In this document: in pieces, positions 8,905 to 17,768 of the stretch
Layout of the letters: every line of letters begins with the position of its first letter
Numbering within the stretch: the first letter of the stretch is position 1
From: an uncultured SAR86 cluster bacterium
GTDB lineage: Bacteria; Pseudomonadota; Gammaproteobacteria; Magnimaribacterales; D2472
Assembly (NCBI GenBank): GCA_902623535.1
Contig: CACNUA010000002.1
Coordinates: forward strand, 74,222-138,221
DNA length: 64,000 bases
Direction of reading: 5' to 3'
Program-made: the position numbers and the translations under genes
Notes under the pieces: model-generated
Databases searched by the model: none
The model's input: the letters and a program-made list of their open reading frames with translations, nothing else
Told to the model about the DNA's origin: nothing

Positions 8905-9912
8905 TTAAGGCCTTTCATTAAATGCTTTTATAAAGTTGAAGGGTGCTTCGGCATTAGGATTAAAAAAAGTTGGTGCTACTCTTTCAGCAATCTTGGAGTA
9001 CCTTTCACAAATCTGATCTCTAGCAGAATTAATGCTTCCTACAATGGCAATTTTTTCTAACATTTCATCATTAATAAGTTTTGGCATCTCATCCCAAGAT
9101 CCTTGCTTTGAAAGCTTGTTTAGCTCTAAATGTATATTTTCCCAACCATGCTCTTCAAGTACAACTTTATATGCAGGGGTAGAACCATAAAAACCCAGTT
9201 GCGTCCTTAATCCTTCAATTGCTTTATCAAGTTCTTGTTGTTCATCAGCAGCTGCGATCATTACACCTATCGATATTTTAAAATCTTGATTATTTGATAT
9301 CTGCAAACCCTTGTTGACTGCTGGAATTGTAATTGTATTTAGAGATTGAGATGTATGGAACGGGTGTACCATTAACCCATCAGCAACTTCAGCTGCTACA
9401 GATGTCATAAGAGGCCCTACGCCGGCAAGATAAATACTTGGTAGGCCATATTCAGATTTTCCAGGATTGAAAAGTGGTGTCATTAGGGTGTGATTATAAA
9501 ACTCGCCTGTAAAATCTAGATCAGTTCCATTTTCCCAACAATTCCAAATAGATTTGATTGCCTGAATCATCTCTCGCATTCGTTTTGCAGGTGAGGACCA
9601 CGGCATCGAAAAGCGTTTTTCTATGTGAGGCTTTATTTGTGAACCAAGGCCCATTATAAAACGTCCTCTTGATAATAATTGAAGGTCATATCCAATATTG
9701 GCTAGTAACATTGGGTTTCTGGCAAATGCAATTGCTATTGAGGTTATTAATTTAATTTTTGAAGTGTTGAGAGCAGATACTGCTAAAGGCAGAAATGGAT
9801 CATGAGGTCCTTCAAAAGTAAAAAGACCATCAAAACCACTCTTTTCAATTCGTGATGCAATTAAGGATGCATCTTCTGGATTTCTAGTGATAATTGACGC
9901 ATCTATTTTCAT
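8905..9912 (-). CDS. luciferase-like monooxygenase (LLM) class oxidoreductase
   Basis: 335 aa. A TIM-barrel LLM pattern (GFDGLFTFEGPHDPFLPLA, GRFIMGLGSQ) resembles the LLM flavin/F420-dependent oxidoreductase families. The cofactor cannot be assigned from sequence by eye. Confidence 0.65.
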   Translation of the reverse strand: MKIDASIITRNPEDASLIASRIEKSGFDGLFTFEGPHDPFLPLAVSALNTSKIKLITSIAIAFARNPMLLANIGYDLQLLSRGRFIMGLGSQIKPHIEKRFSMPWSSPAKRMREMIQAIKSIWNCWENGTDLDFTGEFYNHTLMTPLFNPGKSEYGLPSIYLAGVGPLMTSVAAEVADGLMVHPFHTSQSLNTITIPAVNKGLQISNNQDFKISIGVMIAAADEQQELDKAIEGLRTQLGFYGSTPAYKVVLEEHGWENIHLELNKLSKQGSWDEMPKLINDEMLEKIAIVGSINSARDQICERYSKIAERVAPTFFNPNAEAPFNFIKAFNERP

Positions 9913-9964
9913 TTTTATAATTTGGATGTTGTATATTCTATCTTACTAAAATTTATTAGATTCA

Positions 9965-11671
9965 ATGGAATTAAAAAAAATAGCTCAAGATGCTGATGAC
10001 GATTTTCGTAATGGAAATTTTGAATCTGCTATTAATGCCTACAAGCTAATACTTGAGAAAGTTCCTAATAATCCAAAAGTCTTATCTAATATGGGAAACT
10101 GCTATTTCAATATAGGTAATTCAGATGAGGCAATCGAATACCTAAATCGAGCAATTTCACTCAGCAATGACCCTATTTATAAAATATATCTTGGTCAGAT
10201 ATATTACAAACTAGATAATTTAATTTTAACTAAAAAGCTTTATGAGTCTGCACTCGTACATAAAAATTTACCTAAAAAATATATAGCATTTCATACTCTT
10301 GGCGATATCAATAAAAGATTATCTGATATACCTAATTCAATTAAATGCTATGAAAATGCTCTTGCTGAAAAACATGACTATGTACCATCTCTTGTTAACT
10401 TAGGAAATATCTATAAAGAGAAAAAGAGTTCAGACTATATAAAAGCTGAGGATTTTTATCTACTGGCAATAAAAGCAAGTCCAAAATTATTATCCGCTTA
10501 TCCGCATTTAATGGATTTTTATGAAAAGACTAATCAGCTTGCAAAATTAAAAGATCTTATAAATCAGGCTCCTAAAGAAGTCAGAGATTTAAAGCCTTTT
10601 TTATTATATGAAGCAATTTTCTTTTATCGTGAATCAAGCTTCAAAAAGTCATTAAATCTTCTTAATAAGATAGGGAAAATAGATAGCTCAAAAAGAGAAT
10701 TCTTTCAACTCGAATCTAGAAGATTGAATTTAATTGCAAAATGCAATGACAAAATTGGAAACTATAGTGATGCATTTATTTTTTTTAAAAAAGCTAATGA
10801 TTACTATTATTTAAATCAGCCTAATAAAGATATTAGAAAAGAAAGATTTCAAAAAATTATTACCAATAGATTAAAGTTTTATAGCTCAACAATGATTGAT
10901 AAGAAAATAACTGAGATGAATTCGCAAGAAGAACCAGTATTTATAATCGGTTTTCCAAGATCAGGTACAACCTTAATAGATAATATTCTTAGTTCTCATA
11001 GTTCAATTAGCTGCATAGAAGAGAAACCTTTCATAAGAAGAATGATTTCTAGAAATTCCCAAGATATTTCTGATCCAAGCTACATCTTAAATACTAAAAG
11101 TGAAGAATTTTTAAAAGCAAATAAATTATATTTGGATGAGATAAAAAAATATGATGGTGACAGTCGCATTTGTATTGATAGGCATCCCTTCAATACTGTT
11201 TATATTGGTGACATCCTATTCCATTTTCCTAAGGCTAAGATTATTTTTATGATCCGTCATCCAATGGATTGTGTTTTAAGTTCGTACATGCAGTACTTTA
11301 AATTAAGTTCTGCAACAGCAGGCCTAATAGATTTGGGAGATACCGCAAGTACCTACATCGATATGATGAAGATGTGGGAAATTTGTAAAGAAAAATTTGA
11401 AATAAATTTCTTAGAGATTAAGTATGAAGATCTTGTAAATAATTTCAAAGATACTACTGAAATTTTGCTTGATTTTCTTGGATGTGATTGGGAGGAAAGT
11501 ATTAACAATTTTTATGATAGGGCTAAGAATAAGAGGATTAATACTGCTAGCTATGATCAAGTTATAAAGCCTATCTACAATAATTCAATTGGTAAATGGG
11601 AAAACTACTCAGTGCATTTGTCTCCAATAGAGAGTAATCTTGCTGGATGGGTTAAAAGATTTAACTATTAA
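9965..11671 (+). CDS. TPR-repeat protein fused to a sulfotransferase domain
   Basis: The N-terminal ~300 aa are TPR-like (AINAYKLILEKVPNNPKVLSNMGNCYFNIGNSDEAIEYLNRAI). The C-terminal domain has a PAPS 5'-phosphosulfate loop (FIIGFPRSGTTLIDNIL) and a 3'-phosphate motif (MIRHPMDCVLSSY). Confidence 0.75.
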   Translation: MELKKIAQDADDDFRNGNFESAINAYKLILEKVPNNPKVLSNMGNCYFNIGNSDEAIEYLNRAISLSNDPIYKIYLGQIYYKLDNLILTKKLYESALVHKNLPKKYIAFHTLGDINKRLSDIPNSIKCYENALAEKHDYVPSLVNLGNIYKEKKSSDYIKAEDFYLLAIKASPKLLSAYPHLMDFYEKTNQLAKLKDLINQAPKEVRDLKPFLLYEAIFFYRESSFKKSLNLLNKIGKIDSSKREFFQLESRRLNLIAKCNDKIGNYSDAFIFFKKANDYYYLNQPNKDIRKERFQKIITNRLKFYSSTMIDKKITEMNSQEEPVFIIGFPRSGTTLIDNILSSHSSISCIEEKPFIRRMISRNSQDISDPSYILNTKSEEFLKANKLYLDEIKKYDGDSRICIDRHPFNTVYIGDILFHFPKAKIIFMIRHPMDCVLSSYMQYFKLSSATAGLIDLGDTASTYIDMMKMWEICKEKFEINFLEIKYEDLVNNFKDTTEILLDFLGCDWEESINNFYDRAKNKRINTASYDQVIKPIYNNSIGKWENYSVHLSPIESNLAGWVKRFNY

Positions 11672-11700
11672 TAATTTATATATCCTGATAAGAAAATATT

Positions 11701-12315
11701 GTGATAAAAATTTTTGGCTGTAATGATTCTAGACACGTTCGTCCTTTATGGACTGCTGAAGAAATGGATTTAAAGATCGAGCTAGAAATGATGCCATTTC
11801 CACCAAGATATTTTGTAAAGGAATATTTGGAAACAAATATTCTTGGTACAGTTCCATATCTAAAAGATGGACAAGTTGAAATGACCGAGTCAGTAGCTAT
11901 GTGTTCCTACTTATGTCATAAATATGGTCCTACTGATTTAATTGTTTCTCCTGATGAAGATGACTATGCTGATTATCTAAATTGGCTTGCACATTCAGAT
12001 GCAACCTTGACATTCCCTCTTACTGTCTACCTAAGATATGCCCTCCAAGAAGTTGGTGTGGCTGATGCAGCTGCAGAAGGTTACAAAAGATGGTTTTTGG
12101 CAAGACTAAGGTTGTTAGAAAAAAAGTTAGAATCTAGGGAATACCTTTGTAGCAACCGATTCACTCTAGCTGATATATGTGTAAGCTATGCTATTTATTT
12201 AGCCACTTCTTTAAATGTTAACGAAGCATTAAAGCCAAATATAGCTCGATGGTCAGAAAAACTATTTAATCGAGATGCCTTTAAACGGGCAACTTCACAA
12301 AGATTTATTGAATAG
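11701..12315 (+). CDS. glutathione S-transferase family protein
   Basis: 204 aa with a GST-like N-terminal fold (LGTVPYLKDG...TESVAMCSYL) and a helical C-terminal domain. GTG start. Confidence 0.7.
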   Translation: MIKIFGCNDSRHVRPLWTAEEMDLKIELEMMPFPPRYFVKEYLETNILGTVPYLKDGQVEMTESVAMCSYLCHKYGPTDLIVSPDEDDYADYLNWLAHSDATLTFPLTVYLRYALQEVGVADAAAEGYKRWFLARLRLLEKKLESREYLCSNRFTLADICVSYAIYLATSLNVNEALKPNIARWSEKLFNRDAFKRATSQRFIE

Positions 12316-12363
12316 AGTTAACTGTTTCTGAGCCAGCCACCAATCAAACAGAAACTAATAAAA

Positions 12364-13503
12364 TTATTCGCCTATAAAATTAACTAGCCTTTCAAAGGCC
12401 TCAATGAAGTCTTCTTTGAATTCTTGGACAACATCGCTGGCAGAAATGCTCTGATTCATTAGCCCTACTCCCTGACCAACCCAGTAGGTAGAAAGATCTT
12501 TAGCTCCATCATGGCCACCCTCTGCTAGTTTATTAACCTTTGCTAATGCTGGTTCAGCGACCATTGGCTGTAAGGGCATTGGAAGTGGTTCAGGTGCACC
12601 ATCAGCTTCCCAAGCTTGAGTCCATGCTGAAACAAGCTGTCTTGAATGTTTACCAGTTCTACTTCGAGAACGAGTTGTCTGACTCGAGGACGCTTCGATC
12701 ATTTTTTGTTTAATTACAGGTGGAACTTCTGACTCAGCTGTTGTTAGCCATACTGATCCACACCATGCACCAGATGCACCCATGCTCATAGCTGCTGCCA
12801 TCTGTTTTCCAGTTGCAATTCCGCCTGCTGCTAAGATTGGAACATCACCATAGGGTTGAATAGCTTCATAAACTTCAGGGATCAAGACCATTGTTGAAAC
12901 ACTACCGCAATGACCACCTGCTTCAGTGCCAGAAACAACTAATATATCGACGCCAGCTTTTACTTGGTTAACAGCATGTTGTGCGGTCCCAAGAAGTGCA
13001 GCAACTCTAACATTGTTATCTTTACCCATTTTTACCATCCAATCGGGTGGCACACCAAGAGCATTAGCAATTATTTTTATAGGATGACTGAACGCAACAT
13101 CTAAAAGTGCCTTAGCTCCATCCTCCTTGGTGTTCTCAGCCATATATGTTGCAGCGGTATTAATTTTTCTTAACTCACTAGCTTCGATATCATGATTTTC
13201 AAGAACATCAGCCCTGAAATCAGCATATTCCTGTGGGATCATTGATGATAGCTTTTCTGCATCAAACTTTTTGTCCTTGTCTGCCATTTTGTTAGGTATC
13301 AAAACATCTACTCCGTATGGCAAGCCATCGATATGATCATCAATCCATTTAAGCTCCTCTTCTAATTGTTCTGGTGTCATGCCAACAGCACCTAGTACAC
13401 CACATCCTCCTGCTTTTGATACAGCAACAACTACATCTCTACAATGAGAGAATGCTACCAGAGGAAATTCGATATCTAATAGTTCGCAGATTCTTGAGTT
13501 CAT
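12364..13503 (-). CDS. nitronate monooxygenase / 2-nitropropane dioxygenase family (FMN-dependent)
   Basis: 379 aa with AGGCGVLGA, VVSGTEAGGHCG and ILAAGGIATG, typical of NMO-family TIM-barrel flavoenzymes. Confidence 0.8.
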   Translation of the reverse strand: MNSRICELLDIEFPLVAFSHCRDVVVAVSKAGGCGVLGAVGMTPEQLEEELKWIDDHIDGLPYGVDVLIPNKMADKDKKFDAEKLSSMIPQEYADFRADVLENHDIEASELRKINTAATYMAENTKEDGAKALLDVAFSHPIKIIANALGVPPDWMVKMGKDNNVRVAALLGTAQHAVNQVKAGVDILVVSGTEAGGHCGSVSTMVLIPEVYEAIQPYGDVPILAAGGIATGKQMAAAMSMGASGAWCGSVWLTTAESEVPPVIKQKMIEASSSQTTRSRSRTGKHSRQLVSAWTQAWEADGAPEPLPMPLQPMVAEPALAKVNKLAEGGHDGAKDLSTYWVGQGVGLMNQSISASDVVQEFKEDFIEAFERLVNFIGE

Positions 13504-13559
13504 AATTAATTATTCCTTTTTTAAATAATAGTTTAACTAATTTTAAAAGAATTATTTAT

Positions 13560-13587
13560 TGGTAATATTAAATACATTATATTACCA
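13560..13587. promoter_or_regulatory. candidate operator: 9-bp perfect inverted repeat TGGTAATAT-N10-ATATTACCA
   Basis: Read directly from the sequence. Arms are 13560..13568 and 13579..13587 in the 101-bp divergent region between the NMO gene and the carboxylase operon, 18 bp upstream of the ATG at 13605. A TetR-family regulator is encoded inside the operon. Confidence 0.4.
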
Positions 13588-13604
13588 TTAATAGATTATC
13601 TGAT

Positions 13605-15257
13605 ATGAAAAATCTTGCACCAAAAATTAAATCCAATCTTGATACTAACTCTGAAGAGTTTTCTCATAACAAAGAAATGATGCTTGATAAGATAAGTTTC
13701 CTTGATGAACTTCTTGATAAAGCAAAACTAGGAGGTGGTACACATCATCATGAAAGACTAGCAAAAAGAGGAAAAATGCCAGTTAGAGAAAGAGTCTTTA
13801 ATCTTCTTGATCCCGACACACCATTTCTTGAAATTGCACCATTTGCAGCCTATGGGACGGAATTTACTGTTGGGGGTGGTTGTGTATGTGGCATAGGAGT
13901 TGTTGCTGGTACAGAATGCGTAATATTTGCAAATGATCCATCTGTGCTAGCAGGAGCCATGACAGTTTATGTCGGAGAAAAGTGGAATCGTGCAATGGAA
14001 ATTGCCAGAGTAAATCGATTGCCATATATAAATTTTGTTGAATCTGCAGGTGGTGATTTAAGAATGGGTACAGGCAAGAAAGGAGATCAGCCTCCGGTAG
14101 CACCCACAATTGGACATACTCATTTTGCCGCGACTGGAAGATTTTTTTATGACATGACAGAACTCTCAAAAATGAGAATACCGGTTATCTCAGTTGTTTT
14201 CGGATCTTCTACAGCCGGTGGTGCATATCAACCTGGAATGTCTGATTACAATATATTTGTTAAAGATCAAGCTAAAGTTTTTTTGGCGGGACCCCCTCTT
14301 GTAAAAATGGCAACTGGCGAAGAGTCTGATGATGAAACCCTTGGCGGCGCAAAGATGCACTCTGAGGTATCAGGCTTATCTGACTATCTTGCTGAAGATG
14401 AAATGGATGCTATTCGTTTATGCCGCAACGTTGTTTCACATCTTCATTGGGAAAAACAGGGAATTGAGCCTACCTCAGTTGGAGATGAGCCCACCTTAGA
14501 TCCTGAAGAGTTATTGGGAATGGTTGATGAAGATCTTAAAAGCCCATTGGATATTAGAGAGGTGATAGGAAGAATTGTTGATGGGTCAAGGTTTGAAGAA
14601 TATAAGCCTCTTTATGGAAAAACAATGATATGTGGGTGGTCAATGATGCATGGCTATCCTGTTGGTATTGTTGGCAACAATGGTCCAATTTATCCAGAGT
14701 CTGCTGAAAAAGCAGCAACATTTATTCAGCTCTGCAATAAAAGAAATATGCCAATAATTTTTTTACAAAATGTTACCGGTTTTCTTGTTGGTAAAGACTT
14801 TGAAAGGCAAGCGATCATTAAAAAAGGCTCTCAACTTATAAATGCAGTATCAAATTCAACCGTACCTCATATTACCATTATTGTGGGATCATCTTATGGG
14901 GCTGGGACATACGCAATGTCAGGTAAGGCCTACGATAATAAGTTCACTTTCCTTTGGCCAACAGCAAAGATTGCTGTGATGGGACCAAAGCAAATTGCTG
15001 GTGTTATGTCGATTGTAAGGAGAGGTCAGGCTGCAAGAAAAGGTGAAAAATTTGATGAAAAAGCTGATACTGAAATTGTAAAAATGGTTGAAAATGCCGC
15101 TGAGCAAATGTCCCTAGGCTTGGTTGCAAGTAGCATGATTACCGATGATGGGATCATTGATCCAAGAGATACAAGAAGAATAATAGGTTTTTGCTTATCT
15201 GTAATTAATAACTCTGAAATTAAAGGTGCAAGTGAGTTTGGAGTCTTCAGATTATGA
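13605..15257 (+). CDS. acyl-CoA carboxylase carboxyltransferase (beta) subunit, methylcrotonyl-/geranyl-CoA carboxylase type
   Basis: 550 aa, collinear with MccB/AtuC-type carboxyltransferases (two crotonase-like halves; ERLAKRGKMPVRERV near the N-terminus). It has a 4-nt ATGA overlap with the alpha subunit gene. Confidence 0.85.
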   Translation: MKNLAPKIKSNLDTNSEEFSHNKEMMLDKISFLDELLDKAKLGGGTHHHERLAKRGKMPVRERVFNLLDPDTPFLEIAPFAAYGTEFTVGGGCVCGIGVVAGTECVIFANDPSVLAGAMTVYVGEKWNRAMEIARVNRLPYINFVESAGGDLRMGTGKKGDQPPVAPTIGHTHFAATGRFFYDMTELSKMRIPVISVVFGSSTAGGAYQPGMSDYNIFVKDQAKVFLAGPPLVKMATGEESDDETLGGAKMHSEVSGLSDYLAEDEMDAIRLCRNVVSHLHWEKQGIEPTSVGDEPTLDPEELLGMVDEDLKSPLDIREVIGRIVDGSRFEEYKPLYGKTMICGWSMMHGYPVGIVGNNGPIYPESAEKAATFIQLCNKRNMPIIFLQNVTGFLVGKDFERQAIIKKGSQLINAVSNSTVPHITIIVGSSYGAGTYAMSGKAYDNKFTFLWPTAKIAVMGPKQIAGVMSIVRRGQAARKGEKFDEKADTEIVKMVENAAEQMSLGLVASSMITDDGIIDPRDTRRIIGFCLSVINNSEIKGASEFGVFRL

Positions 15258-17173
15258 AAATCAACTCCATACTTATAGCTAACCGCGGTGAAATTGCTTG
15301 CAGAATCATAAGAACAGCAAATGAAATGGGCATTAAAACAATTGCTGTTTATGAAGACGCTGATTCAAATGCAACATTTGTAAGCATGTCTGATGTTGCA
15401 GTAAAACTTAAAAATGGCTATTTGGATGCAGATGAAATTGTTGATGCAGCAAAAAAGACAGGAGCCGATGCTATCCATCCTGGCTATGGGTTTCTATCCG
15501 AAAACTCAATTTTTGCAAGAAAAGTAATTCGTAACAACATAATTTGGATTGGACCAACACCTTATGTTATTAAGGTAATGGGAGACAAAATCAAAGCTAA
15601 AGAATTAGCGATAAAAGCAAGCGTACCAACTCTAGAAAAAGCTGAAAGTATTAAAGACACTAAACAACTTGGATTCCCATTGCTAATTAAAGCTGCTGCT
15701 GGAGGTGGCGGTAAAGGGATGAGAATTGTTAATAATAAAAATGAGCTTAAAGATGCGGTTGCAGCTGCAAAAAGAGAAGCAAAAGCTGGTTTTGGAGATG
15801 AGAGAGTATTTATTGAGAAATACATTAAAAAATCAAGACATATTGAGATTCAGATTCTGGGTGATCAACATGGAAATGTTATACATCTTGGTGAAAGAGA
15901 ATGCTCAATTCAGAGACGACACCAAAAAATTATTGAAGAGTCCCCTTCACCCAAACTTGATGATGAGTTAAGAGAGCAAATTGGTAATGCTGCAGTCAAA
16001 TTAGCAAAAAAGATTAAATATCAATCGGCAGGCACTGTCGAATTTATTCTTGATGAAAATACAAATGAGTTTTGGTTTCTTGAAGTTAATACTAGGTTGC
16101 AAGTTGAACATCCTGTTACTGAGGAAGTTACAGGAGTTGATCTTGTAAGAGAACAGATTAACATTGCAAAAAATGAGTATCTAGAATTAAAACAAAAGGA
16201 TATTGAGTTTAATGGGCATGCACTAGAAGTTCGACTTTATGCAGAGAATCCAAATAATGATTTTCTACCTGAAACTGGAAAAATAGTATGTTATGAACCT
16301 TACAAAAATAAATCTATTAGGTGGGATTCAGGTGTCCAGAAAGGATATGAGGTAGGTACAAACTTTGATCCAATGCTCTCAAAAGTAATCAGCTGGGCCC
16401 CCAACAGAGTAGATGCATGCTTGCAACTCGCAACCGCCCTTGAAAAATCCTGTATTGGAGGAGTGAAAACAAATAAAGATTTTTTAGTTGAATGCATTAG
16501 ACATCCAGAGTTTTTGGCCGGAAATACAACATCTGACTTTATTGAGATTCAAAGTCCTAACAGGCAAAAAATTCTTAACGATCATGATAAAAATAACTTA
16601 ATGATCGCAGGCGCTTTGTGGATATCACAAACTAATATCAAAAATAAAAATAAACTTCGATTTATTAAGCAATCTTGGACGAATGGTCGACTTCCGCATC
16701 AGAATATTTCCTTTCAATTTGAAAATGAGATACATCAAATTAAATATAGATATATAAGTAAAGAATCTGTTTCGATTCTTGAAAAAAATGTAGAAATTAT
16801 TTCCTTTGATAATGAAATGTTTGAATGTGTTATTGATGATATTAGAAGTCAATATCAAATTTATAGGGATGAAGATAAGTTATTCGTTTTTGATTCATTT
16901 AATGATATCCAACTAAAAGTTTTACCTAGATTCATTGATCCAAATACTTCATCCATAGAAGGTGGTTTATTGGCTCCGATGCCAGGCAAAATTTCAGAGG
17001 TACTTATAAAAAAAGATCAGAAAGTTAAACCGGGACAATCATTAATGATTATTGAAGCTATGAAGATGGAGCAAACCATCAAGGCACCAAATGCAGGCAA
17101 AATTTCAAAGATTATGGTTAAAAAAGGTCAGCAGGTTGAAAACGGTGAATCACTATTGGTAATTGATGAATAA
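15254..17173 (+). CDS. acyl-CoA carboxylase biotin-carrying (alpha) subunit: biotin carboxylase plus BCCP domain
   Basis: ATP-grasp biotin carboxylase motifs (KAAAGGGGKGMRIV, EVNTRLQVEHPVTE) and a C-terminal biotinyl domain with EAMKME. Confidence 0.9.
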   Translation: MKINSILIANRGEIACRIIRTANEMGIKTIAVYEDADSNATFVSMSDVAVKLKNGYLDADEIVDAAKKTGADAIHPGYGFLSENSIFARKVIRNNIIWIGPTPYVIKVMGDKIKAKELAIKASVPTLEKAESIKDTKQLGFPLLIKAAAGGGGKGMRIVNNKNELKDAVAAAKREAKAGFGDERVFIEKYIKKSRHIEIQILGDQHGNVIHLGERECSIQRRHQKIIEESPSPKLDDELREQIGNAAVKLAKKIKYQSAGTVEFILDENTNEFWFLEVNTRLQVEHPVTEEVTGVDLVREQINIAKNEYLELKQKDIEFNGHALEVRLYAENPNNDFLPETGKIVCYEPYKNKSIRWDSGVQKGYEVGTNFDPMLSKVISWAPNRVDACLQLATALEKSCIGGVKTNKDFLVECIRHPEFLAGNTTSDFIEIQSPNRQKILNDHDKNNLMIAGALWISQTNIKNKNKLRFIKQSWTNGRLPHQNISFQFENEIHQIKYRYISKESVSILEKNVEIISFDNEMFECVIDDIRSQYQIYRDEDKLFVFDSFNDIQLKVLPRFIDPNTSSIEGGLLAPMPGKISEVLIKKDQKVKPGQSLMIIEAMKMEQTIKAPNAGKISKIMVKKGQQVENGESLLVIDE

Positions 17174-17768
17174 AGCTCTTTTAAAAGAAGCAGGTACTTT
17201 AAACCATCGTCATATTGAGGTTATGGATCGGCTTGAAGAGATAATTGATGAAGGTAAGTCATATAAAACAATGGCCGATTTAGCCTCAATGCTTAAGGTA
17301 TCTCTGAGAACGCTTTATGAAATTGCACCGAGTAAGGATGAGCTGATAAATTTAACCATTAATAATGTTTTAACCAAGCATGGCAAAATCGCCATGGAAA
17401 AAATTCAAACTCTAGATTCTCCCATAGAAAAATTGCGTGTTTACTTGAATACTGTTAATCAGGCTGTGGGTCCAAGATTTGAAAAATTTACTTTATCTTT
17501 GAGCAAAAAACATTCAACCAATGAAATGATAGATTTTCATGAAAATTACATTACAAATTTTATTAAGAGCCTTTTGGATGATGCTGTTCAAGCTAATGAA
17601 ATTGCTGATATCGATACCGAAGCAACAGCTTTGGCCTTGGGAGGTTTAGGCAGATACTTCCAAAATAAAAAAATTCACTCTAAGACGTCATTGGCTTCAC
17701 CAGAAGATGCATCAAATTTTTTATCTGATTTAATTTTGTCGGGTTTAATAGAGAAGCAGCATGACTGA
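17163..17768 (+). CDS. TetR-family transcriptional regulator (AtuR-like by context)
   Basis: 201 aa. An N-terminal HTH-like segment (MADLASMLKVSLRTLYEIAPSKDELI) is followed by an all-helical C-terminal region. It overlaps the upstream gene by 11 nt and the downstream gene by 8 nt. Confidence 0.65.
   Translation: MMNKALLKEAGTLNHRHIEVMDRLEEIIDEGKSYKTMADLASMLKVSLRTLYEIAPSKDELINLTINNVLTKHGKIAMEKIQTLDSPIEKLRVYLNTVNQAVGPRFEKFTLSLSKKHSTNEMIDFHENYITNFIKSLLDDAVQANEIADIDTEATALALGGLGRYFQNKKIHSKTSLASPEDASNFLSDLILSGLIEKQHD

Noticed and set aside
12324-12355. Inverted repeat GTTTCTG-N18-CAGAAAC between the convergent GST and NMO genes, considered as a bidirectional terminator.
   Set aside because: The stem is 7 bp and mostly A/T, the loop is 18 nt and there is no flanking U-tract. 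This is too weak to call.
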